Shown piece by piece: positions 19,445 to 29,269 of a stretch of DNA of 64,000 bases. The notes under the pieces are model-generated. The model was not told the origin of the DNA. It did not search any database and was given only the letters and a program-made list of their open reading frames with translations. Source of the DNA: Candidatus Multiplicimicrobium inquinatum (GTDB lineage: Bacteria > Omnitrophota > Omnitrophia > Omnitrophales > Aquincolibacteriaceae); NCBI GenBank assembly GCA_002344825.1, contig DDUN01000036.1:1440-65439 (forward strand). Direction: 5' to 3'. Position 1 is the first letter of the stretch; each line of letters begins with the position of its first letter. Made by a program: the position numbers and the translations under genes.

Positions 19445-20535
19445 AAACCATTCAGGTCAAAAGCCTCAAACAGAACTACTCGATTTTAGTCGGAAGCGGG
19501 CTGCTTTCCAAATCAGGTGTGCTTCTCAAGAAAGTATTTAATCCTGGATGCCGCGTCATGCTTGTGACGCAGAAAACCGTTCCTGTCGGGCACCGTAAGA
19601 AGACGGAAGCTTCTTTGCGTAAAGCGGGGTTTCAGATCTTTTTTTATTATCTTCCGCAAGGTGAAAAAGCTAAATCCGCCGATGAACTCTTCCGTTTGGT
19701 TGCGGCACTTCTTAAAAATGGTTTTGAACGCGGGGACGCGATTTTGGCTTTAGGCGGCGGAGTGACCGGTGATGTGAGCGGATTTGCCGCGGCCGTTTAT
19801 TTGCGCGGTATTCGATATGTTCAGGTCCCCACCACTTTGTTGGCGCAAGTCGACAGTTCCATTGGCGGTAAAACCGCCGTGAACACCCCTGAGGGGAAAA
19901 ACCTGGTTGGCGCGTTTAATCCGCCTGTCATGGTGATTTCAGATGTGGATACTTTAAAAACGTTACCGCCGCGTGAGTTGCGCGCGGCTATGGCTGAAGT
20001 GATTAAGTATGGTGTTATTGCGGATCCTAAGTTGTTTGATTTTCTTGAAGCGAATGCTAAAAAAATTACCGCTAAAAATCCCAAAGCATTAGAGCGTATT
20101 GTTTCGGATTCTGCCCGCATAAAGGCCGGAGTTGTCAGCCGCGATGAGTTTGAGACGAAGGGCGAGCGCATGATTTTGAATTACGGACATACTTTCGGTC
20201 ACGGAGTAGAGGGAGCTCTCAAGTATCAGAAGCTTGTGCATGGTGAAGCCGTTGCTCTCGGTATGCTGATGGCCGCGGAAATGGGCGTGCGTTTAGGGCT
20301 GTGCTCAGGCGATTTTCAACGTCGTCAACTGCAATTGATTCGGTCTTTAGATTTACCTGTTTCTGTGGACCGTTTAGGAATCAATACAAAGAGTATTTTT
20401 AAAGTGATGGCGCATGATAAGAAAAAAAAATCAGGCAAGTTAAGGTTTGTTTTGCCTGAGCGGAATGGTCTTGTCAGCATTGTCACCGGCATTGAAGATG
20501 CCGCGATTCTTTCGGTGATTGATTCGCTTTTCTAA
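19441..20535 (+). CDS. aroB: 3-dehydroquinate synthase
   Basis: 364 aa. ALGGGVTGDVSGFAA...RGIRYVQVPTTLLAQVDSSIGGKTAVN is the DHQS NAD/metal site. Confidence 0.93.
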   Translation: MKTIQVKSLKQNYSILVGSGLLSKSGVLLKKVFNPGCRVMLVTQKTVPVGHRKKTEASLRKAGFQIFFYYLPQGEKAKSADELFRLVAALLKNGFERGDAILALGGGVTGDVSGFAAAVYLRGIRYVQVPTTLLAQVDSSIGGKTAVNTPEGKNLVGAFNPPVMVISDVDTLKTLPPRELRAAMAEVIKYGVIADPKLFDFLEANAKKITAKNPKALERIVSDSARIKAGVVSRDEFETKGERMILNYGHTFGHGVEGALKYQKLVHGEAVALGMLMAAEMGVRLGLCSGDFQRRQLQLIRSLDLPVSVDRLGINTKSIFKVMAHDKKKKSGKLRFVLPERNGLVSIVTGIEDAAILSVIDSLF

Positions 20536-21866
20536 ACGAAAAGTTTAAAGAGTACGCCTGCCGCACCGCAAGCCGCCAAGACCCACAATAAATTGATTTT
20601 AAATCTCAGAATCGCAATTCCCGCCGCACAGGCTAACAAAGCCGGAAAAAACTGAAAAGTATTCCAATCCGGAATCCAAAGCTTGATTCCATGCCAGGTT
20701 GAACTTTCGATTTTGCTGAAGAGTGTATGCAAAGCAAACCACACGGTTAAATTTAAAATCACTCCCACGACGGCGGCGGTGATCGAAGAAAGCGCGCCGG
20801 TTAAGGCCTTGATACCGCGCAGTTTTTCAATGTAAGGCGCGCCCAGAAAAATCCATAAAAAGCACGGCACGAAAGTAACCCAGGTGACGACCAGCGAAGC
20901 GATGAATCCCGCTGCCCAGGGTGAAAAAGGGGCGGCGTCACGAAAAGCACCGAGGAAGCCAACAAATTGTACGACTTGAATTAAAGGCCCCGGTGTTGAT
21001 TCAGCCATACCAAGCCCATCCAGCATTTCTCCCGGTAAAAGCCAGCCAAAATTTTGCACCGCTTCTTGCGCGATATAACTCAAAACGGAATAAGCGCCGC
21101 CGAAGGTAACCATCGCGGCTTTACTGAAAAAAATGCTTTGTTGTGTGAGGATATGATTGGCACCGAAGAAGGCCAATAATAAACCGATCGGTAAAAACCA
21201 AGCCCCACCCCAAATTAAAAGTGTTTTTAAAATGTAAACGAAGGCATTGGGGGGATGAATGGGCTCGTCTTTAAAAAGAGCCGGCGTGTCGATCGCGGCA
21301 TCTTTGGTTTGCATGACTAAAAATAGGTCAGGGCGAATGGATGTCCCGGCGAGTCCGATGATACCGGCGCAGAGAATGAGCAAGGGAAATGGAATTTGAA
21401 AAAAGAAAAGGGCAATGAATGAAGCCGCCGATAAAGAAAGCATCATTTTGTTTTTAAGCACTTTTTTGCTGATGCGAAAAACAGCTTCGAGAACAACCGC
21501 GATAATGGCTGCTTTGATGCCCAGAAAAAGGCCGGCGAGCCAAACCGTATTTTGGTAAAAAACATAAAGATAGCTTAACGCTAAGATCGATAAAAAACCG
21601 GGCAAGATAAACAAAAGCCCCGCAGTAAGGCCGCCGCGAATGCCGAACATCATCCATCCTGAGTAAGTGACAAGCTGCATAGCTTCAGGCCCCGGTAAAA
21701 GCGTGCAATAGCTGAGCGCATGCAAGAATCGGTTTTCGCTGAGCCATTTTTTTTCATCCACTAAAATACGGTGCATGATGGCAATTTGTCCCGCCGGGCC
21801 GCCAAAGCTCAAGCAGGCGATGCGAACCCAGGTTTTAAACGCTTCAGCAAAAGAGACAGAGGTCAT
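20532..21866 (-). CDS. chrA: chromate efflux transporter ChrA (full-length, duplicated CHR domains)
   Basis: 444 aa with the ChrA signature [52 protein letters not shown]. Its start overlaps the lysR stop by 4 nt. Confidence 0.85.
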   Translation of the reverse strand: [444 protein letters not shown]

Positions 21867-22795
21867 TTTTTAAGCCAAGGCTCCACTTTAAACTCGCTCA
21901 GAATTTGTGACACTAACGGGTGCGGATTTTTTCGCGGACGAGTTAGCGCGTAAATCTTTTCTGAAATAGGACTATTCTCCGGAGCGTGAAGTATTTTAAG
22001 GTCTTCTTTTGCCGGCGCCTGGGAAATTGTAAGTAAATTTAAGGGGGCAATTCCATGGCCCCGCAACGTAAGGCGGCGTACAATTTCAATGTCCTGAATT
22101 TCTCCCAAAATACGGGGGTTTAATTTTTTGGATAATAAAAATTCTCTGACCGCGAAGGCCACCTGACTGGGCGCGGTGGGCAGAATCAGAGAAGCTTCAT
22201 TTAAACAGCCCGGAAATTTCCCCAACTTTTCGGCAAGTTTAGTGTTTGCGCAGAAAACAACCGGGATGTCGGCAATCAGGCGATGTTCGGCGGATTTTGC
22301 CGTTACGGGGAGGACGGTCGAATCGTGAAAGACAATGTCCAGCAAATGATCTTCCAGTTGAAATAAAAGAGTTTCAATTCGGTCTTCAATTAAAGTGATT
22401 TGGATTGCAGGCTCCATTTTGAGAATGAAGTTCAGTAAAAGATCCGCAAAGGATTTGGGAATAAAATTAGAAAGTCCGATTTGAATTTGAATACGGCCTT
22501 TTTGGGAAAGATCGCCGATTTGATCCATGAGTTCCTGACCCAAGTCAAAAATGGATTTGGCATATCCTAAAATCCGGTGACCGTCTTCGGTGAGCCGCAG
22601 TTCGCGGTTTTCGCGTTCGAACAGTTTTTTATCTAAAAATGATTCGAACTGTTTGAGCTGAGCTGAAAGCGTAGGCTGAGCCAGGCGGAGAGTCTTAGCC
22701 GCTTTGGAAACACTGCCTTCTTTGGCAATGACATAGAAGTAGTAAAGATGATGATAGTTAAAAGGAATCATATAGATATATTCTATAGATAACAT
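21863..22795 (-). CDS. LysR-family transcriptional regulator
   Basis: N-terminal HTH (HLYYFYVIAKEGSVSKAAKTLRLAQPTLSAQLKQFE) plus a periplasmic-binding-protein-like effector domain. The true start may be the internal Met at 22771. Confidence 0.85.
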   Translation of the reverse strand: MLSIEYIYMIPFNYHHLYYFYVIAKEGSVSKAAKTLRLAQPTLSAQLKQFESFLDKKLFERENRELRLTEDGHRILGYAKSIFDLGQELMDQIGDLSQKGRIQIQIGLSNFIPKSFADLLLNFILKMEPAIQITLIEDRIETLLFQLEDHLLDIVFHDSTVLPVTAKSAEHRLIADIPVVFCANTKLAEKLGKFPGCLNEASLILPTAPSQVAFAVREFLLSKKLNPRILGEIQDIEIVRRLTLRGHGIAPLNLLTISQAPAKEDLKILHAPENSPISEKIYALTRPRKNPHPLVSQILSEFKVEPWLKK

Positions 22796-22808
22796 GAAAA
22801 TTATCTAT
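22785..22808. promoter_or_regulatory. LysR-type palindromic box (ATAGATAA-N8-TTATCTAT) in the lysR/htpX divergent region
   Basis: atagataacatgaaaattatctat. It has dyad symmetry with T-N11-A architecture, preceded by a second direct TATAGATA copy. It overlaps the annotated lysR initiation region. Confidence 0.5.
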
Positions 22809-22877
22809 TTTAATTTCAAATCAAAAGATGCGATATTGTGTTTGTTCGCCATCGTCTAGGGGGCGAAAGGAGGATCT

Positions 22878-23765
22878 ATGCAATACAAACTTAAAACATT
22901 GGCTTTGCTCGTTCTTTTGAGCGGGCTTTTTTTAGTTGTCGGGAGCGCTTTGGGCGGGCAGGGCGGGATTGCAATTGCCTTGATCATGTCGCTTGTGATG
23001 AATGTCGGCGCGTATTGGTTTTCCGATAAAATTGTTTTGGCCATGCATGGCGCCAAGCCGGTTCCGGCTGAGTATAGCTACTTGAAATCAGACTTAGAGC
23101 ATTTAAGCGCCAAAGCCGGCACACCCGTACCTCAGCTTTATTGGATGGCCGACGTTTCTCCGAATGCTTTTGCTACCGGCCGTGATCCAAAACATGGCAC
23201 TGTTGTTGTCACTCAAGGTTTGCTCGATCGGCTTAATCCTCAGGAAGTGAAAGGCGTTTTAGCGCATGAGTTGGGGCATATTCTTAACCGTGATACTTTA
23301 ATTTCCGCGGTAGTGGCGGTGATGGCGTCCGCACTCATGCATTTTGTGCATTTTTTTGCCTTTTTCGGTGGTGCGGGCCGGGGTGGAGAAAGGGGCGGGA
23401 ATCCAATTTTGATGCTCGTCACTGTTATTCTTGCACCGCTTGCTGCGACTTTGATTCAGCTTGGTATTTCACGTAGCCGTGAATATCTTGCCGATGAAAC
23501 CGCAGCAAGGTTGACGGGTGATCCCGAGGCTTTAGCTTCCGCGCTGCAAAAAATTTCGGGTGAAATTCAGCGTGAAACCGAGCACGGCGAAATTGAACCG
23601 CAGCCCGGCATGGCGCATCTTTATATTATGAGCCCTATGGTGGGCGGAGACGGTTTGATGTCGCTTTTTTCCACTCATCCGCCGGTTAAAGAAAGAGTGA
23701 AGCGGCTAAGGCAAATTTCAGAAGATATTTCGGGTTTCGCAACAAAGACTGTGCTTACCGCTTAA
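22878..23765 (+). CDS. htpX: protease HtpX (M48 family zinc metalloprotease)
   Basis: 295 aa with an N-terminal TM segment, HELGHI at the active site, and a C-terminal HtpX fold. Confidence 0.9.
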   Translation: MQYKLKTLALLVLLSGLFLVVGSALGGQGGIAIALIMSLVMNVGAYWFSDKIVLAMHGAKPVPAEYSYLKSDLEHLSAKAGTPVPQLYWMADVSPNAFATGRDPKHGTVVVTQGLLDRLNPQEVKGVLAHELGHILNRDTLISAVVAVMASALMHFVHFFAFFGGAGRGGERGGNPILMLVTVILAPLAATLIQLGISRSREYLADETAARLTGDPEALASALQKISGEIQRETEHGEIEPQPGMAHLYIMSPMVGGDGLMSLFSTHPPVKERVKRLRQISEDISGFATKTVLTA

Positions 23766-23776
23766 AAGGAGATTTC

Positions 23777-24703
23777 ATGGATTGGACGCCGTGGGTTTTA
23801 TTTCATTTGTTTGTGTTTGGAATGCTCGCACTGGATCTCGGTGTTTTTCACCGTAAAGCCCACGCCATCCATTTTAAAGAAGCTTTGGCCTGGAGCGGTG
23901 TTTGGATTTTGCTCGCCCTGCTCTTTAATGGGATAATTCATTTTTGGAGAGGTGAACAAGCCGCGCTTGAGTTTTTTACGGGCTATGTGATTGAGAAATC
24001 GCTCTCCGTGGATAACATTTTCGTTTTTCTCGTTATTTTTACCTACTTTAAAATTCCCGCCCAATATCAGCACCGCGTTTTGTTTTGGGGAATTATCGGC
24101 GCGTTAATTATGCGCGCCATTTTTATAGCCGCGGGAATTACACTTCTCGAAAAATTTCATTGGCTGATTTATGTCTTTGGGGCGTTTTTGATTTTGACCG
24201 GAATTAAAATGGCTGTTTCACATGGTCAAGAGATCGAGCTTGAAAAGAATTTTGTTCTTCGGTTTTTTAAAAAAATCATGCCATTGACCGAAAAATTTGA
24301 TGGCCAAAAATTTTTCACGCTGGAAAATGGGAAACGTTTTGCGACACCGCTTTTTACCGCGCTCGTGATCGTTGAGTTTACGGATGTGATTTTTGCCGTT
24401 GATTCCATTCCCGCGATTTTAGCTATCACGAAAGAGCCTTTTATCGTTTACACTTCGAATATTTTTGCGATTTTAGGATTGCGCTCGCTTTATTTTGCAT
24501 TGGCGGGTATTTTGCAGTATTTTCGATTTTTACATTACGGTCTTTCTGTGGTTTTGGTTTTTGTCGGTATCAAAATGCTGATTTCGGAATTTTATAAAGT
24601 TCCGATTTTGGCCTCTTTGGGAGTTATCGCGGTTGTGATTTTGATTTCAATTATCGCGTCCATTCTCTTGCCTTCAAAAAAAGAGGAGATTAAGGTATGC
24701 TAA
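23777..24703 (+). CDS. TerC-family integral membrane protein (Alx/YkoY-like)
   Basis: 308 aa. The TerC-family motifs LSVDNIFVF and FAVDSIPAILAIT are present. Confidence 0.85.
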   Translation: MDWTPWVLFHLFVFGMLALDLGVFHRKAHAIHFKEALAWSGVWILLALLFNGIIHFWRGEQAALEFFTGYVIEKSLSVDNIFVFLVIFTYFKIPAQYQHRVLFWGIIGALIMRAIFIAAGITLLEKFHWLIYVFGAFLILTGIKMAVSHGQEIELEKNFVLRFFKKIMPLTEKFDGQKFFTLENGKRFATPLFTALVIVEFTDVIFAVDSIPAILAITKEPFIVYTSNIFAILGLRSLYFALAGILQYFRFLHYGLSVVLVFVGIKMLISEFYKVPILASLGVIAVVILISIIASILLPSKKEEIKVC

Positions 24704-25266
24704 CAACCGGGGGAGAAAGTATGTTTTTAAAACCTGTCGAAAAATTTGGAGATATTCCTGAAGATTGCCGGAATACTCCCGTCGGACTTTTGCTTGAGTA
24801 TCATAATTTAGGCCGCGAATATGATAAATATACCCAGGCACAGCTTCTGATCGGGATGTGTATGGACAGCCGTAAGCACCTGAGGATTCCCGATAATTTT
24901 GCGTTTATTATCCGTTCGGGCGGCGCCAATCTGCGGTATGCCACTTTTAAGGTATCCTATGCGATTGGGGTGGGCGGAGCCAAAGCGATTGCTTTAATAG
25001 GGCACAATGATTGCGGCATGCGCAATTTGGAGTCGCGCAAAGAAATTTTTATTCAGGGTATGATCGACCGAGCGGGCTGGACAAGAGCCCAGGCCGAAGA
25101 GCATTTTTCAACTAATCGAGATATGTTTGAAATCGGTGAAGAAACTTCATTTTTGATGAAAGAAGCTAAACGTTTAAATGATCTTTATCCAAAAATTTTG
25201 GTAGTTCCCATGCTTTACAATGTCCACTCGAACCTTCTTTATTTAGTTCAGAAAAAAGCGGATTAG
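24697..25266 (+). CDS. beta-class carbonic anhydrase family protein
   Basis: CMDSR and GHNDCG zinc-ligand motifs (C-x-D-S-R ... H-x-x-C-G). It overlaps terC by 7 nt; the start may instead be Met 24721. Confidence 0.65.
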   Translation: MLTTGGESMFLKPVEKFGDIPEDCRNTPVGLLLEYHNLGREYDKYTQAQLLIGMCMDSRKHLRIPDNFAFIIRSGGANLRYATFKVSYAIGVGGAKAIALIGHNDCGMRNLESRKEIFIQGMIDRAGWTRAQAEEHFSTNRDMFEIGEETSFLMKEAKRLNDLYPKILVVPMLYNVHSNLLYLVQKKAD

Positions 25267-25400
25267 TTGTACGGGTTGTATGCTTGTGTCTAAGCCCTAA
25301 TCACGAGTATAATTCTTTCCGTTTGTAATGCCCTGCTCGGGCTTTTTAATCTGATTTTTTCGATCAAAGCTAATCAAAACAAAGAGAAAGATTTTACGAG

Positions 25401-26549
25401 ATGAAAACCGCCCCTATTTGGTTCTTTGTATGTGCGCTTGTTTTATCCGCTTGCGGATCTTCCTCGGATTCGAATTCAAAAATTAAAATCGGCTGTGCCG
25501 CGCCTTTGACGGGTGATCAAGCTCAAATCGGAATTGATATGTGCAATGGCGTCGAGCTCGCGCTTTTGCAAGCCAATGATTTTGCTCAGCAAGCGGCCGT
25601 CTCGGGTGTTGCCCCTTTACAGTTTGAAATCAGCCGTCAGGATGACCAGCATAACCCCGCCCAAGCCGTGAATGTTGCAAAAAAATTTGTTTCGGATCCC
25701 GCTGTTTTAGCGGTGGTCGGACATTTTAATTCGAGCTGCACGAAGCCTTCGTCCGCGGTTTATAACTCGGCAGGATTGACGCAAATCACGCCCGCTTCAA
25801 CGAACCCGGAGCTTTCACGGCAAGGTTTTTCGACTTTTTTCCGCACCGCCGCGACGGATGAAGTTCAGGGGCCAAAGGGTGCCATTTTTGCCGTTAAAAA
25901 GCTGGGTATTAAAAAGATTTTTGTGATCGATGATAAAACCACCTACGGTAAAGGCTTGGCGGACGAATTTGAAAAGAAAGCCCGCGAGCTTGGCGCCGAA
26001 ATTTTAGGGCATGAAGGAATTACGCAAGGAGATAAAGACTTTACCCCCCTGCTTACGAAAATTAAACCGCTGGAACCCGAATTGATTTATTACGGCGGTA
26101 TTTATCCCGAAGGCTCTTTGCTTTTGAGGCAGACGCGCGCGCTCGACATGAAAGCCGGATTTATGGGTGGTGACGGCATCGCGACTTTAACTTTTTCGGA
26201 GTTGGCCACGCAGGCGATTGCCGAAGGTACTTACGCGACCATGGTGGGCGGCGATATGCACCAGGTTCCCGCGGCGGCTTCTTTTATTCGCGACTATGAA
26301 AGTAAATACGGAACTTTAGGGCAGTGGTCGGCTTATGGCTATGATTCAGCCAATGTTTTTGTTGAGACGATCCGCAAAGCGGCAACCAAAGATCGTGCCG
26401 CGGTGCTTAAAACGATCCGTGAAATCCCTAAGTTTCAGGGAATTACGGGGGATATTGTGTTTGATGAAAAAGGCGATAATCAAAATCAGTTTATCGGAAT
26501 TTTTCAGTTTCAAAGCGGCAAACTGCATTATGTCGGACCGGCGGACTAA
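25401..26549 (+). CDS. livK: branched-chain amino acid ABC transporter substrate-binding lipoprotein
   Basis: Signal peptide with lipobox (LSACG). KIKIGCAAPLTGDQAQIGIDMCNGVELAL is a LivJ/LivK-type type I periplasmic binding fold. Confidence 0.9.
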   Translation: MKTAPIWFFVCALVLSACGSSSDSNSKIKIGCAAPLTGDQAQIGIDMCNGVELALLQANDFAQQAAVSGVAPLQFEISRQDDQHNPAQAVNVAKKFVSDPAVLAVVGHFNSSCTKPSSAVYNSAGLTQITPASTNPELSRQGFSTFFRTAATDEVQGPKGAIFAVKKLGIKKIFVIDDKTTYGKGLADEFEKKARELGAEILGHEGITQGDKDFTPLLTKIKPLEPELIYYGGIYPEGSLLLRQTRALDMKAGFMGGDGIATLTFSELATQAIAEGTYATMVGGDMHQVPAAASFIRDYESKYGTLGQWSAYGYDSANVFVETIRKAATKDRAAVLKTIREIPKFQGITGDIVFDEKGDNQNQFIGIFQFQSGKLHYVGPAD

Positions 26550-26618
26550 CTTTCGCGTGGCGGAATCAATTTTAAAAAACACGGCCCCCGCTTCTTTTCT
26601 TTCTCTCGTATTATTTGC

Positions 26619-27524
26619 ATGAGCATTTTAGATATTTTTCTTCAGCAATTGATCAATGGTTTAACGATCGGCATGATCTACGCTTTGATCGCGTTGGGAT
26701 ACACCATGGTTTATGGTATTGCCCAGCTGATCAATTTCGCGCACGGCGAAGTTTTTATGGTGGGCGCCTATTTGGGGTTGCTTTTTTATACGATTTTCAA
26801 TCAAACGGCGCTGGCATCTTGGATCATCGCCCCGACTTTTCTCGCGACCATGATCGCTACGGCCTTGCTTGGCTATTTGATCGAACGGTGTGCATATAGG
26901 CCCTTGCGCAACGCGCCGCGCTTGGCGCCGCTTATTGCCGCGATCGGCATTTCATTTTTACTCCAGAACGCGGTGATGTTGATTGCCGGACCTACAGATA
27001 AAAGCTTTCCATCGATTCTCACGATTCAAAAATATACATTCTCACATGTGACGGTGACCAATTTACAAATTTTGATTACGGTAGTTTCAATTGGTTTGAT
27101 GACGGGGCTGCATTTTTTTGTGAAGCACACGAAAATTGGGAAGGCCATGCGCGCTTTGGCGGACGATCGGCAAGCCGCCAGTTTGATGGGGATTGACGTG
27201 AATTTTGTGATTGCGGTGGCTTTTATTATTGGGTCTGCATTGGCCGGTGCGGGCGGTTTGATGTTCGGCGCTTATTACAACACGATTAATTTTCACGACG
27301 GTTACTTGGCGGGTATGAAAGCTTTTACAGCCGCGGTTTTGGGCGGCATCGGTAATATTCCCGGCGCGATGATCGGCGGCGTTTTGCTCGGTGTTTTGGA
27401 AGGGTTAGCCGCGGGCTATATTTCTTCGCAATGGAAAAATGTTTTTGCTTTCTTGATTTTGATTTTAATTCTTCTTTTTCGCCCGACTGGGCTTTTCGGC
27501 GCGCGCGTCGTGAAAAAAGTCTAA
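26619..27524 (+). CDS. livH: branched-chain amino acid ABC transporter permease LivH
   Basis: 301 aa. MSILDIFLQQLINGLTIGMIYALIALGYTMVYG is the LivH N-terminus. Confidence 0.9.
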   Translation: MSILDIFLQQLINGLTIGMIYALIALGYTMVYGIAQLINFAHGEVFMVGAYLGLLFYTIFNQTALASWIIAPTFLATMIATALLGYLIERCAYRPLRNAPRLAPLIAAIGISFLLQNAVMLIAGPTDKSFPSILTIQKYTFSHVTVTNLQILITVVSIGLMTGLHFFVKHTKIGKAMRALADDRQAASLMGIDVNFVIAVAFIIGSALAGAGGLMFGAYYNTINFHDGYLAGMKAFTAAVLGGIGNIPGAMIGGVLLGVLEGLAAGYISSQWKNVFAFLILILILLFRPTGLFGARVVKKV

Positions 27525-28475
27525 ATGAAGTTTCAGAAATTTATTCCATGGCTGGTGATCGCGGCGGCTTTTCTTTTTCCGTTTTTTGACAAAAACGCGT
27601 ATCACATCGATGTCCTTGTTACCGCGGGGATTTTTATTTTGCTGGCGCTGGGTTTGCAGGTGATCGTGGGCTATGCCGGAATTCTCAATCTAGGATTCGC
27701 GGCATTTTTCGCTTTTGGCGCTTATACCTATGCGATTGTAAATATTCATTTCCATGTTCCTTTCTGGGGCGGCGTTGCGGTTAGCGCGATTGCGACGGCC
27801 GTATTCGGTATGCTGCTTGCTTTTCCGGCTCTTCGTTTGTCGGGGGATTATCTCGCCATCGTCACTTTGGGAGCGGGCGAAATTACCCGCATTGTTTTGA
27901 ATAACTTGGATCAAGTCACCGGCGGTCCGAACGGTTTGCTTGGCATCGATCATCCGCGTCTGCCGATGGTTAATTATGATTTCAGCGTGCACTCCCAGCC
28001 TTATTATTTTCTGATTCTCATTTTTATTTTGGCCGTGATTTTCTTTTTACGGCGGCTTGAAACCTCACGTCTTGGGCGCGCATGGCGCGCACTGCGCGAA
28101 GATGAGCTTGCGGCTTCAGCCATGGGGATTAATCTGGCTTGGGCTAAACTCACGGCTTTCGGAATCGGCGGTTTTATTGCTGGCATTGCAGGCTGTATTT
28201 TTGCCGCGAAGCAGGGCACAATTTCGCCCGACAGTTTTGATTTTACGGTTTCGGTCATGGTTTTAGCCATGGTGGTGCTGGGCGGTATCGGCAGTATTTA
28301 CGGTGCGGTTTTAGGCGCGTTGGTTTTGACCATTTTGCCCGAATGTTTGCGCGATTTTACTTCTTACCGCATGCTTATTTTTGGTGTTGCGATGGTTGTG
28401 ATGATGCTGTTTCGTCCCAGTGGTATTTGGAGCTCTGTGCGCTTTCGCGCACAACCGCTGAGAGCAAATAAATGA
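27525..28475 (+). CDS. livM: branched-chain amino acid ABC transporter permease LivM
   Basis: 316 aa, LivM-like (LLALGLQVIVGYAGILNLGFAAFFAFGAY). Confidence 0.9.
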   Translation: MKFQKFIPWLVIAAAFLFPFFDKNAYHIDVLVTAGIFILLALGLQVIVGYAGILNLGFAAFFAFGAYTYAIVNIHFHVPFWGGVAVSAIATAVFGMLLAFPALRLSGDYLAIVTLGAGEITRIVLNNLDQVTGGPNGLLGIDHPRLPMVNYDFSVHSQPYYFLILIFILAVIFFLRRLETSRLGRAWRALREDELAASAMGINLAWAKLTAFGIGGFIAGIAGCIFAAKQGTISPDSFDFTVSVMVLAMVVLGGIGSIYGAVLGALVLTILPECLRDFTSYRMLIFGVAMVVMMLFRPSGIWSSVRFRAQPLRANK

Positions 28476-29269
28476 AAAACAACCAAGCTTTAGCCGAATT
28501 CAATATCTTGAATATCGAAAAAGTGACGCAGCGCTTTGGCGGTGTCACCGCGCTGAATGAGCTCTCTTTTTCGGTGCGGCAGGGACAAATCGCGAGTGTG
28601 ATCGGACCCAATGGCGCGGGCAAAACGACGCTTTTCAACTGCATCACAGGCCTTTATCGTCCTGATTCAGGATCGATGTTCTTCGGCGATTCGCAAATAA
28701 ATTTAAACCGTATGCAGCCCTATGAAATTGCCGCCTGCGATATTTCCCGTACTTTTCAGACTATCCGCTTATTTAAAAATATGACCGCGCTTGAAAATGT
28801 GATGGTGGGTGCGCATTCCAAGCTGCGTTCCGGAATGTTCGGTTGTTTGGTTCAGCCGCGTTGGACCCGCGTGGAGGAAAAACGCATGGAACAGCGCGCG
28901 CACCGATTACTTAATTTCTTTTGTTTGGACGGCAAGGCGAATGAGCTTGCGCACAATTTAGCCTATGGGCATCAAAGAAAACTCGAAATTGCGCGCGCGC
29001 TTGCCAGTGATCCCAAGCTTTTGCTTTTGGATGAACCTGCGGCGGGAATGAATCCCAAAGAAAAAGAAGAATTGCTCGGTTATTTAACCGCGATTCGTGA
29101 CCGCGGCGTCACCTTGGTTTTGATTGAGCATGATATGAAAGTAGTCATGCCGATATCCGATCATATTGTGGTTTTGGATTACGGAAAAAAAATCGCGGAA
29201 GGCAAGCCTAAGGAAATTCAATGCAACAAAACGGTTATTGAAGCTTATTTGGGAAAACCTTGTGAATAA
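28472..29269 (+). CDS. livG: branched-chain amino acid ABC transporter ATP-binding protein LivG
   Basis: Walker A (GPNGAGKTT), signature, and the LivG-specific insertion. Confidence 0.9.
   Translation: MKNNQALAEFNILNIEKVTQRFGGVTALNELSFSVRQGQIASVIGPNGAGKTTLFNCITGLYRPDSGSMFFGDSQINLNRMQPYEIAACDISRTFQTIRLFKNMTALENVMVGAHSKLRSGMFGCLVQPRWTRVEEKRMEQRAHRLLNFFCLDGKANELAHNLAYGHQRKLEIARALASDPKLLLLDEPAAGMNPKEKEELLGYLTAIRDRGVTLVLIEHDMKVVMPISDHIVVLDYGKKIAEGKPKEIQCNKTVIEAYLGKPCE

Noticed and set aside
29166-29261. The ORF-track ATG start for livF.
   Set aside because: It adds a 32 aa basic extension absent from LivF proteins and overlaps livG by 100 nt. The GTG at 29262 gives the canonical N-terminus and a classic GTGAATAA stop/start overlap.
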